Notes: generated by a model from the letters alone, not told the origin. A stretch of 42,279 bases of DNA from Hyphomicrobium sp. (GCA_043718455.1 JAYSVT010000237.1:1-42279); one strand, 5' to 3'; shown: positions 1-7,485, numbered from the stretch's first letter. Made by a program: numbers and translations.

Positions 1-99
1 GGGGCTTACCTTCAGGCCGCTATCACCAAGTGTCCGCAATCACCGTGCGCGTGTCCGCTTTCCACCGTAACCGGTGTCCGCCTTGAACCGGATTTCGCA
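1..99. mobile_element. Terminus of an IS21-family element, cut by the window edge
   Basis: Ends ...CCGGATTTCGCA at 99 (reverse complement TGCGAAATCCGG). Three GTGTCCGC repeats at 30-37, 51-58 and 74-81, spaced 21-23 bp, match the multiple subterminal transposase-binding sites of IS21 ends. The IS1595 transposase frame resumes right after it. Confidence 0.7.
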
Positions 100-575
100 G
101 TATCACCAACTCAGCCCATAAGAACGTGATTGTTTCGCTTGTTCAGCGGAACGGCGGCGTGCGCAGCTTCCACGTCGCTGGCAGCACCGTTGCCGAGGTT
201 GTTCCGATTGTGAACCAGAACGTTCGCAAGGAAACCTTCATCATGACCGATAGCGCCATGCTCTACAAAAAGCAGCTTGGCCACTTTGCCAGCCATGACC
301 GGGTAGACCACTCGATTGCCGAATACGTGCGCTATGAACCGGGCAAGACCGTCCACACCAACACCGTCGAGGGCTATTTCTCGCTGTTCAAGCGCGGGAT
401 GCGCGGCACTTACCAGCATTGCCAGGAAAAGCATTTGCACCGGTATCTGGCAGAGTTTGATTTCCGGTATAACAACCGGGTTGCCCTTGGCGTGGATGAT
501 GAGAGCCGGGCCGTCAAAATGGTCAAAGGTGCCCAAGGCCGCCGGTTGACCTATCGAACGACTGATAGGGCCTGA
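100..575 (+). pseudogene. IS1595-family DDE transposase, C-terminal fragment interrupted by the IS21 end
   Basis: Motifs HKNVIVSLVQR-GGVRSFHV, MTDSA, HTNTVEGYFSLFKRG and KHLHRYLAEFDFRYN. The N-terminal zinc ribbon/HTH and first catalytic Asp motif are absent from the window. Confidence 0.9.
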
Positions 576-726
576 TCCGGCTGTTTCCGAAAGGGCTAAA
601 CGCAAGCATAAGCCTTAAAAGAGGGCGATTCGACACCACAGATTCACGCAATGACCATCATGTGATATGATTCGTTAGTAACTACACAGCAAACCTGCTT
701 CCATACCAGCTTGGAGGCTACGGCTC

Positions 727-1023
727 ATGATCACAAACCGAAAGTTCAAGGAAAAGGTGACCGTCCGCTTCAAAAAGCGAGAGGACGGCGGGTTGCAAGC
801 GTTTTGCGAAACGGTGCCAGGTTTTTGTTTGTCTGGCGCCGATAGAGCGGCTGTTTTTCGCGATGTCATCCCTGCGCTTGAAACGTTGGTCGCTCATAAT
901 TTGGATGTTAAGGTCGAGGTGTACCCCCTCAAGTACGGTCTTTACGAAGTTCGCGAAAAGGATGAGGCGGACGAAATCCCTGAACAGCAGGATTACGTCA
1001 TCGAGAGACTTAGCGCAGCGTAA
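727..1023 (+). CDS. HicB-like antitoxin (partial RNase H fold, no DNA-binding domain)
   Basis: REDGGLQAFCETVPGFCLSGAD...VIPALE resembles the HicB N-terminal EDGGY.A..P.LPG...G.T motif. GGAGG RBS upstream; acidic C-terminal tail. Confidence 0.6.
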   Translation: MITNRKFKEKVTVRFKKREDGGLQAFCETVPGFCLSGADRAAVFRDVIPALETLVAHNLDVKVEVYPLKYGLYEVREKDEADEIPEQQDYVIERLSAA

Positions 1024-1025
1024 AC

Positions 1026-1265
1026 ATGATCGCACCCAGACTGCTAAAAAAAACCGAGTGGGAATTGCGTCTGACGGACAGAAAGTGCGTGAAATGTGAC
1101 TTCGGGAAATTCTCCGGCCTAGAGACGGGAGAATGGTGGGCGACAGAGCATGATCGACTATTTCTCGTCCCATGTGACGAGAATGGCCTATTGAGAAGCG
1201 ATGATTGGCAAACTGTTTTGGTCCAGCTTGCCAAGCTAAAACCGCCACTAGATTTGGATACGTAA
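1026..1265 (+). CDS. HicA-like small protein (putative dsRBD-fold toxin)
   Basis: 79 aa starting 2 bp after the HicB-like gene. Pattern fits alpha-beta-beta-beta-alpha (PRLLKKTEWELRL ... GEWWAT ... LFLVP ... DDWQTVLVQL). The canonical GSH His is absent. Confidence 0.45.
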   Translation: MIAPRLLKKTEWELRLTDRKCVKCDFGKFSGLETGEWWATEHDRLFLVPCDENGLLRSDDWQTVLVQLAKLKPPLDLDT

Positions 1266-1435
1266 TGCCCAAAAAGAAAACCCCAGAGCTAGACCCTAAA
1301 GAGCAGTTCAAACGGTTTCAGGAAACCGCGAAAGAAGCTGGTGTTGAGGAATTTGAGGCTGAACAAACCTTCAAGAACCTGTCCCGCGATAGCCGGACAA
1401 AAACCACTTCCAACCCTCAATCGAAACGCCGTTGA
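1265..1435 (+). CDS. Small hypothetical protein (56 aa) of the kind often found in IS1595 elements
   Basis: ATG overlaps the upstream stop (TAATG). Sequence MPKKKTPELDPKEQFKRFQETAKEAG. 3' end overlaps the convergent DUF3800 gene by 65 bp. Confidence 0.55.
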   Translation: MPKKKTPELDPKEQFKRFQETAKEAGVEEFEAEQTFKNLSRDSRTKTTSNPQSKRR

Positions 1436-2204
1436 ACATTTTCTCGTTGCCCCTGAGAGAGACATATTTGTCTTCTTGTCCACGGATAAGCTCTGCGTAA
1501 TCCTTGCGCATCGGTTTCCCGACTACGCTTTTCCTATATAGTTGGGTGGAATGCCAGGCTAATAAGTCTGGCGTCTGCACCGGTCGATTGTACCGCTTGT
1601 CCACAAAGGAGTGGCTTGCGTATCTATAGGCCACGCGAAGATTATCATCCGTTACCAAGCCTTGCATGAACCTGTTGGCCTTAGTTTGGTGTTGGTGGCC
1701 CGCTTCAAACACGTAAGCGACTTGGCCCGAGAAATTTGCTTCGTCGGCCATCGCCCTAACCGCCATCATGGCGTTATACGCGCACCAAACATACGCCTCT
1801 GATGGGTCGCACTTAATAGGCATCCACGCCTCGTACTCATGCTGTCCAATGGACACGGATACACCAAACTTCATGTTGTCTCTGATAAGTCTGATTGCTT
1901 CTCTGGCGGCGCAGTCCCTATCGTCTGGCCCCAAATGATCGAACGGGGCTCTGCCATGCGCACAAGCGCTCATTCGAAAGAACGGCAGGCCGTACTTGAG
2001 CAGCAAGTCATTCCATTTATGATCAAGGTCGATGCACTGCTCTTTATCGAAGACATAGCCTGCGATGGTCATTAATCCATCGGCGTCGTCTGTGTCGCTT
2101 TCATCGAAATATGCTTCCCACATGACTATCAAACCTCCTTGCCCTGGCGCGACAATGTCAAGCCAGCGAGCAAGATCAAACCCAGACGGCACTAGCTCAT
2201 TCAT
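1371..2204 (-). CDS. DUF3800-family protein (RNase H-like fold)
   Basis: N-terminal AYFDES motif and C-terminal VQTPDLLAW (Q-x-x-D) motif. Alternative start at 2123 with its own GGAGG. Confidence 0.75.
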   Translation of the reverse strand: MNELVPSGFDLARWLDIVAPGQGGLIVMWEAYFDESDTDDADGLMTIAGYVFDKEQCIDLDHKWNDLLLKYGLPFFRMSACAHGRAPFDHLGPDDRDCAAREAIRLIRDNMKFGVSVSIGQHEYEAWMPIKCDPSEAYVWCAYNAMMAVRAMADEANFSGQVAYVFEAGHQHQTKANRFMQGLVTDDNLRVAYRYASHSFVDKRYNRPVQTPDLLAWHSTQLYRKSVVGKPMRKDYAELIRGQEDKYVSLRGNEKMFNGVSIEGWKWFLSGYRGTGS

Positions 2205-2267
2205 TTGCTAGCCCTCCCCATACACGATTCTGGGTTTGGGAAGTATAATATCCCGAGCGACTGTCAA

Positions 2268-2282
2268 GAACAAATGTGGAAC
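2268..2282 (-). promoter_or_regulatory. Alphaproteobacterial LexA (SOS) box next to a TTGACA -35 element
   Basis: GAAC-AAATGTG-GAAC (GTTC-N7-GTTC on the minus strand), directly abutting minus-strand TTGACA at 2267-2262. Confidence 0.65.
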
Positions 2283-2316
2283 ATATAGACATACTTGTCA
2301 GACACGCGCCGTGCGC

Positions 2317-2384
2317 TCAGGCGCGATTGCGCACCACGATCTTCCCCTCAATCGCATCCCAGATCATGGCCGCGATGTCGTTGC
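2317..2384 (-). pseudogene. Orphan duplicate of the gshB 3' end
   Basis: Minus strand encodes [21 protein letters not shown]-stop. 2341-2384 matches 3406-3449 at 43 of 44 nt. Confidence 0.85.
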
Positions 2385-2948
2385 AAAATCATCCCCAACC
2401 GTGGAAGCTAATTGTTCCGATGCTTCCTTGACCGTGCTATCGGTAAAATCAGGGCGAGAGAACGTAACGACCCCGTCACGGGCTAGTCTAAATGTTGCTG
2501 CCAAATCGGAATGTGCGTTCAAAGTTCGAAGCAACACAGCGTAAAGTTCACGCATTGAGCCTTCGGAGATGGCTGATTCACTAGCCTTCGCATTGTGTGG
2601 ATGCAAACATCGAGCGCAACGATCTGTCTCATCGAACGCACTTTGACGCCAACTACGTCGATCCTTGAACCAAAAGACCCGCCCAATCAGAGGGGCATCT
2701 GTCAAAATCGAACTTTCTAGCTCGCGCGCAACGGCGACAAATACGCCAATATCCTCGAAGCCCAAAAACCAAGGACCAATTGGCGCAAACAACGCGTCGC
2801 TTGTAGGTCTTTGTTGAATCGCAATCACAAAGCGATGTCGTCCAATGACCTCGTTGCCATACGTTGCGTCCGTCGGATGATTGGTCTCACCAATGACCCG
2901 AAAAGACAGTCTGCCATTTACTGTGGGGACCCAGCCTTTGTACCTCAT
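2364..2948 (-). CDS. Hypothetical protein, probably 3'-truncated
   Basis: 194-aa ORF 11 bp downstream of the 94-aa ORF. It has no stop of its own and terminates inside the duplicated gshB fragment in a different frame. Confidence 0.55.
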   Translation of the reverse strand: MRYKGWVPTVNGRLSFRVIGETNHPTDATYGNEVIGRHRFVIAIQQRPTSDALFAPIGPWFLGFEDIGVFVAVARELESSILTDAPLIGRVFWFKDRRSWRQSAFDETDRCARCLHPHNAKASESAISEGSMRELYAVLLRTLNAHSDLAATFRLARDGVVTFSRPDFTDSTVKEASEQLASTVGDDFATTSRP

Positions 2949-2959
2949 AGGTACAACAA

Positions 2960-3244
2960 CTAAACTTTAAAGACCTCATCCACAACGTGGTCGGAAAGTT
3001 TTCCGTTGAGTTCGAATCTTTTTTCCCGGTGATTGTAACCGACGGCAGCCTGCACTCGTTGGTCCGGCACTGCACCAATTTTTGAGCGAGCTTTACCGCC
3101 CAACGCGCCGGACAGAGAATCGTATCTGGCGCGATTCTTTTGATATTCTCGAGAATCGTATTTCGCGAGCTTGAACGCGATCCCAAAGAACATGAAGCTT
3201 GCAGCTACGCCCATACCAAGCACGGCTAATGCCAAGGCGTTCAT
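2960..3244 (-). CDS. Small membrane-anchored hypothetical protein
   Basis: 94 aa with an N-terminal hydrophobic helix (ALALAVLGMGVAASFMFFGIAF). Confidence 0.6.
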   Translation of the reverse strand: MNALALAVLGMGVAASFMFFGIAFKLAKYDSREYQKNRARYDSLSGALGGKARSKIGAVPDQRVQAAVGYNHREKRFELNGKLSDHVVDEVFKV

Positions 3245-3396
3245 AGGTTGTATCCCAAACGTTATTCGGCTTGTTTATGTGCTAGTCAATAGAGAGTTAA
3301 GCTCTTGACAGACAAGGCCTCACAGCATCGCAGTAGCGAGATTCCCTGATTCACGATTTAGAATCAAGAGCTTCTTTAAAAAATCTCTGTGGGTCG

Positions 3397-4338
3397 TTAG
3401 TGAACCTTCCCCTCAATCGCATCCCAGATCATGGCGGCGATGTCGTTGCCGCCGAAGGCTTTGACTTGGCGGATGCCCGTTGGCGAGGTGACGTTGATCT
3501 CGGTCAGATATGGGCCGATGACGTCGATGCCGGTGAAAATGAGTCCGCGCTTCTTGAGTTCGGGTTTCAGCCGCGCGCAGATTTCCTTGTCACGCGCGGT
3601 GAGCTCGACAGCCGCCGCCGTGCCGCCAACGTGCAGGTTGGAGCGCGTTTCGCCTTCCTGCGGCACACGATTGATGGCGCCAGCGATTTCGCCATCGACG
3701 AGGATGATGCGTTTGTCGCCGGCTTTCACTTCAGGCCGGTATTCCTGCACCATGAAGGGTTCGCGGAAGACCGTCTGGAAGAGTTCGACGAGCGACGAGA
3801 CGTTGCCGTCATCAGGCCGCAGCCGAAACACCGCCGCGCCGCCGTTGCCGTAGAGCGGCTTCAGGATGATGTCTTTGTACTTGGCGCGGAAGGCGAGCAC
3901 GTCGTCGAGCTGGCGCGTCACCATCGTCGGCGGCATCAAATCGAGAAAATCAAGCACCCAGAGTTTTTCCGGCGCGTTGCGCACGTGCGCGGGATCGTTG
4001 ACGACGAGCGTCTTGGGGTGAATACGCTCCAGCAAATGCGTCGTCGTGATGTAGCCCATGTCGAAGGGCGGGTCTTGGCGCAGCAGCACCACGTCAAGCT
4101 GGCCGAGATCGACGGTGCGCGGGTTTGAAAGCGCGTAGTGATCGCCGGCATGGTCCTTCACTTTGAGGCTGTGCCCGCGCGCCAACAGCTTGTCGCCATG
4201 CAGCGCAAGGTTCGGCGGCGTGTAATAGAAAATATCGTGCCCGCGCTTTTGCGCCTCCAGGAGAATCGCGAACGTCGAGTCGCCCTTGATATCGATCCGG
4301 TCGATCGGGTCCATTTGGGCTGCGATTTTGAGGGGCAT
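3397..4338 (-). CDS. gshB: Glutathione synthetase
   Basis: [39 protein letters not shown] and EINVTSPTG motifs. Start placed at [10 protein letters not shown]. Confidence 0.97.
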   Translation of the reverse strand: MPLKIAAQMDPIDRIDIKGDSTFAILLEAQKRGHDIFYYTPPNLALHGDKLLARGHSLKVKDHAGDHYALSNPRTVDLGQLDVVLLRQDPPFDMGYITTTHLLERIHPKTLVVNDPAHVRNAPEKLWVLDFLDLMPPTMVTRQLDDVLAFRAKYKDIILKPLYGNGGAAVFRLRPDDGNVSSLVELFQTVFREPFMVQEYRPEVKAGDKRIILVDGEIAGAINRVPQEGETRSNLHVGGTAAAVELTARDKEICARLKPELKKRGLIFTGIDVIGPYLTEINVTSPTGIRQVKAFGGNDIAAMIWDAIEGKVH

Positions 4339-4431
4339 GCGTTGATTCCAGTGCCAAGGTTCAGCTAGATTGCTGGCAGTCACTCAGGCCGTTGTCAAAC
4401 AAGTCCCGCAAGGTTTGCCAAATTAAAGCTC

Positions 4432-5160
4432 ATGAACAAACAATTCATCATCACTGAAATTCAACGAACGGCTAAAGCGAACGAAGGCGCTCCTCTCGGC
4501 CAGCGTAAATTTGAACTGGAAACAGGCGTGCGACCTTACGACTGGCAGGCCTATTGGGCCCGATGGAGCGATGCAGTGAGTGAAGCGGGCTTAGACCCGA
4601 ATGTGAAAAGCGAAGCCTACAGTGATGAATATTTGCTGACCCAGCTCATACCGCTTGTTCGAGAGTTCGGCAGACTACCAACTAATCGAGAAATGAGACT
4701 CAAATCGCTGCAGGGCAATGATCTACCCCATGAAACGACGTATCGCCGGTTCGGTTCGAAACTCCACCTTATTAATCGCATGTTCGAATTTTGTGGTAGC
4801 CGGAAAGATTGCGAGGACGTTGTCATGATTTGCAGTGAACTTCTGCAAACCAAGCCAATGACTCGTAATGAGACCAGGGTTGAGTCAGCCGAGACCGAAG
4901 CCGACTTGGGCTATGTCTATCTCTTGAAGTCCGGAAAGTTTTACAAGATTGGCCGGTCGAATAGCACGGGTCGCCGAGAGTACGAACTCGCTATTCAACT
5001 GCCAGAGAAAGCCACTATCAATCACAAGATTACTACGGACGATCCTGCCGGCATCGAAGCGTACTGGCACAACCGTTTCGCCGACAAGAGAAAGAACGGA
5101 GAGTGGTTCGATCTCAGCGCCGTCGAAGTCAAGGTTTTTAAGCGCCGCAAGTTCATGTGA
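4432..5160 (+). CDS. GIY-YIG (T5orf172/MUG113-like) nuclease with N-terminal helical repeats
   Basis: GYVYLLK..FYKIGRS, IEAYWHNRF and NGEWFDL motifs. N-terminal repeats (RWSDAVSEAGL, TYRRFGS) resemble homing-endonuclease-associated repeats. Confidence 0.8.
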   Translation: MNKQFIITEIQRTAKANEGAPLGQRKFELETGVRPYDWQAYWARWSDAVSEAGLDPNVKSEAYSDEYLLTQLIPLVREFGRLPTNREMRLKSLQGNDLPHETTYRRFGSKLHLINRMFEFCGSRKDCEDVVMICSELLQTKPMTRNETRVESAETEADLGYVYLLKSGKFYKIGRSNSTGRREYELAIQLPEKATINHKITTDDPAGIEAYWHNRFADKRKNGEWFDLSAVEVKVFKRRKFM

Positions 5161-5227
5161 TCTGAGCTTCAACGTATACCCGCCACGTCGTCATCCCCGC
5201 GCCGATGCCGCGATTTTGCGGCACTCT

Positions 5228-5427
5228 CACTTCACGTCATGGCCGCGTCGCGCCAGCGATCGTTCCGTAGGAACGACAGGCGGCCACCCACGACAATTAT
5301 CCGCGCGCTCGGTATGAACGATGTGGCTTGATCGCGACGCACCTTCGAAAGCTGTTCTGCTGATGCTTGTCGTGGGTGGCCGACGACTACGCGATGCTCT
5401 GCATCGCCTCGGCCATGACGTGAAGTG
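5228..5427. repeat. Nested palindromic REP/MITE-like element
   Basis: Perfect 18-bp outer inverted repeat (5228-5245 / 5410-5427), perfect 16-bp inner inverted repeat (5281-5296 / 5367-5382), plus small hairpins at 5260-5276 and 5391-5407. Confidence 0.85.
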
Positions 5428-5536
5428 GGGGAAGTCCGCGCAGCAAACTCGAAGTCATTTCCGCCAACGTTGGCTTTAGCACTTTGTTTGTCACGCGATA
5501 AATCGCGAGTCAGGCTTTACGCAAAAACCCAGGACA

Positions 5537-5956
5537 TTAATTTCGCGTTGTGCTTGGAGGTATGTCGACAGACAATGTGCCCGCATTTACCGCAAGCTGT
5601 TCAGCAAGCCCTGCAGCAAGGGTTTTGTCCAAGGAAATTCCAAGGAAACCGCCAGAAGGAAATCTCAGGCGCACAAAAACATCTCCCGTTGAGGCAGTAA
5701 ATCCAACATCCGCCATTTGAACAGCCATGGCGAACTCGTGTGATTCGCCAATTCGTGACGGCGGCGGAAAAGCGGACTTCGCCTTCACTAACTCGCTGAT
5801 GACTTCATCAATTGCATTTTGCGGGATGCTTAGTCCAAATTTGACACCGTCCGGCTGAACGAAACCTAGGAGAACATCACCAGGTCGTTCCCCAGACTTG
5901 GAACCGAAAAATGCGTAAGCAATTAGTGCGATTGGAATGTCACTTTCTTCTGCCAT
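5537..5956 (-). CDS. Hypothetical protein
   Basis: 139-aa ORF with an ATG start and globular-looking composition; no family recognised. Confidence 0.6.
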   Translation of the reverse strand: MAEESDIPIALIAYAFFGSKSGERPGDVLLGFVQPDGVKFGLSIPQNAIDEVISELVKAKSAFPPPSRIGESHEFAMAVQMADVGFTASTGDVFVRLRFPSGGFLGISLDKTLAAGLAEQLAVNAGTLSVDIPPSTTRN

Positions 5957-5980
5957 GGCCTGCCCCCAATGATTGTCGGA

Positions 5981-6145
5981 TCAGTGCTGCCGCCTATTGT
6001 TCATCGCTGCTGCAAGGGTCGTTACCTGAACCATTATTCTCGTCTGAGTCGCTGCGATTCCTTCAAGGGTATTCGCGATTTTTTCGAGTGCCTCAGCTTG
6101 GCGGATCATCGCAGCATTCGTGCTTCCCGCAATTTGGTCGTTCAT
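5981..6145 (-). CDS. Small coiled-coil-like hypothetical protein
   Basis: GGAGA RBS before the ATG at 6145; heptad-like AEALEKIANTLEGIA segment. Confidence 0.45.
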   Translation of the reverse strand: MNDQIAGSTNAAMIRQAEALEKIANTLEGIAATQTRIMVQVTTLAAAMNNRRQH

Positions 6146-6241
6146 TGGGTGTCTCCATGCATCGTTGAACATCGACTATTGGCAACACCTACAACGAGTC
6201 GGATCGGCTTGCAAAAATGGAAACCTCCTGCATCTCGAAAT

Positions 6242-6814
6242 CTACTCCTCCTCCCCACTTTCCCCCTCCTCCTCCCCCACCATCTCCGGCATCACAACAG
6301 TCGCAACGCCCGACGCGATATCGACATGCGGAACGCACGCGTCCGAGAACGGAACGAACTCCGTCGCCGTGCCGCCCTTCAGTTGAATTTCCAATAGATC
6401 GCTCGCGCCGAAGTTTGCGACGGCAATGATCTTGCCGATCTCTTCGCCCTCGGGCGACTCCGCGCGCAAGCCAATCAGATCGGCATGATAATATTCGCCT
6501 TCATCCGCAGCGGGCAATTTCGCGCGATCGACGTAAAGCTCGATGCCTTTCAATGTCTCCGCCGCATTGCGATCCGCGATGCCCTCGACGCGGGCGATGA
6601 TGCCTTTGTCTGTCACGCGCACGACTTTGAGCTTGAATGTGCGTGCGCCGGCTTTGTCACTCAAGGGGCCATAGGATGCGATCGACTCTGGCGCTCCGGT
6701 GTAGGTGCGCACCTGCACTTCGCCGCGAATACCGTGCGCGTTGGCGAAGCTGCCGAGCAGCACGCGGGTTTCGCCGCCCAATTTGGTACCGGGTTTGGAT
6801 TTGGGTTCTGACAT
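6242..6814 (-). CDS. rimM: Ribosome maturation factor RimM
   Basis: AHGIRGEV, DRNAAETLKG, GEYYHADLIGL and NFGASDLLEI motifs; downstream of rpsP. Confidence 0.95.
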   Translation of the reverse strand: MSEPKSKPGTKLGGETRVLLGSFANAHGIRGEVQVRTYTGAPESIASYGPLSDKAGARTFKLKVVRVTDKGIIARVEGIADRNAAETLKGIELYVDRAKLPAADEGEYYHADLIGLRAESPEGEEIGKIIAVANFGASDLLEIQLKGGTATEFVPFSDACVPHVDIASGVATVVMPEMVGEEEGESGEEE

Positions 6815-6879
6815 GAAGAGCCTGATGCCCTCTTCGCGTCCATTCGGCAAGAGCGTTCGATTATAGAGTGCCCGGCAAG

Positions 6880-7464
6880 TCAGTTTGGGAGCGGGCTCAC
6901 ATACGACAACGCAATATCGATAGGCCGCCCGACGATATGCATGGTTGTGTTGGCGATGGGCGCGGGGCGCTCGAACTTGCAGGAGACATTGAACACCGCT
7001 CCATTCTCGTCCGCTGCAAAGCCATTGACGAGCGTGCCGAAGGGGGGAACTTCGATGCGCAAGTGCACGATGTTGAGATCGCGCGCGGCCTCAAATTCAT
7101 AACTGCCCGTGAACACGCCGCCATGGCGGTCGGAGCCGAGGATCTTGCCGTTGCGCAAAACCGCCAGCGCGTGGTCGGTCTCGGCCTCGCCGTTTGCCTT
7201 GCCGTGGTAGCCGATACGGTAAATGCCTTCGTCAAGCTTCTTGCTGCGGCTGGGCAGCCGATGCAGCTCCCGGCGCCGGGTGGAGGGCCGGGCAGCCTCG
7301 AACAATCTCAGATAGCCCGCCACGGCCCCAGGAAGGGGCTGGGAGCCCGTTGCCCACTGGCTGACGGTCCGAGGTGCCACCCCGAGAAGGGCCGCCAGCT
7401 CGCCCTGCTTGAGGCCGAGCTTTTCGAGCGTGAATTTTAACCCTGTGTCGGGCATGTGCACCAC
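6880..7464 (-). CDS. XRE-type HTH fused to a GrlR-like beta-barrel domain
   Basis: N-terminal LGLKQGELAALLGVAPRTVSQWATG (Cro/C1 HTH). C-terminal EGIYRIGY...AVLRNGKILGSD..GVFTGSY resembles GrlR-family proteins. Confidence 0.65.
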   Translation of the reverse strand: MVHMPDTGLKFTLEKLGLKQGELAALLGVAPRTVSQWATGSQPLPGAVAGYLRLFEAARPSTRRRELHRLPSRSKKLDEGIYRIGYHGKANGEAETDHALAVLRNGKILGSDRHGGVFTGSYEFEAARDLNIVHLRIEVPPFGTLVNGFAADENGAVFNVSCKFERPAPIANTTMHIVGRPIDIALSYVSPLPN

Positions 7465-7470
7465 CTAAAA

Positions 7471-7485
7471 TATCAAAAATTGATA
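7471..7485. promoter_or_regulatory. Candidate operator palindrome upstream of the HTH-GrlR gene
   Basis: TATCAA-AAA-TTGATA in an AT-rich patch just upstream of the start codon. Confidence 0.4.

Larger units (their letters stand above)
100..2253 (+). mobile_element. IS1595-family (ISNwi1-like) element with passenger genes; right portion only
   Basis: C-terminal part of an IS1595 transposase, then four passenger ORFs. Candidate right end ATAATATCC at 2245-2253 reads GGATATTAT on the minus strand, matching the ISNwi1-group end consensus ggnnatTAT. Left end is outside the window. Confidence 0.65.
2341..3449. repeat. 44-bp direct repeat (2341-2384 and 3406-3449) flanking a 1021-bp cassette
   Basis: CTTCCCCTCAATCGCATCCCAGATCATGGC(C/G)GCGATGTCGTTGC; the single mismatch is synonymous in the gshB frame. 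Confidence 0.95.

Noticed and set aside
30-81. GTGTCCGC repeats as a CRISPR-like array
   Set aside because: Only 8-bp units with 13-15 bp gaps and no cas genes; they fit IS21 subterminal repeats.
21-109. TATCACCAA repeated at 21-29 and 101-109 as a target duplication around a 71-bp mini-element
   Set aside because: The enclosed segment has direct repeats rather than terminal inverted repeats, and removing it does not restore recognisable IS1595 sequence upstream. An IS21 end explains the region better.
2242-2267. TTGACA-N14-TATACT as a confident hybrid promoter
   Set aside because: The 14-bp spacer is too short for a standard sigma70 promoter; kept only as a caveat in the SOS finding.
6242-6285. 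Pyrimidine-rich CCT/CCCC tract
   Set aside because: It encodes the acidic GEEEGESGEEE tail of RimM.
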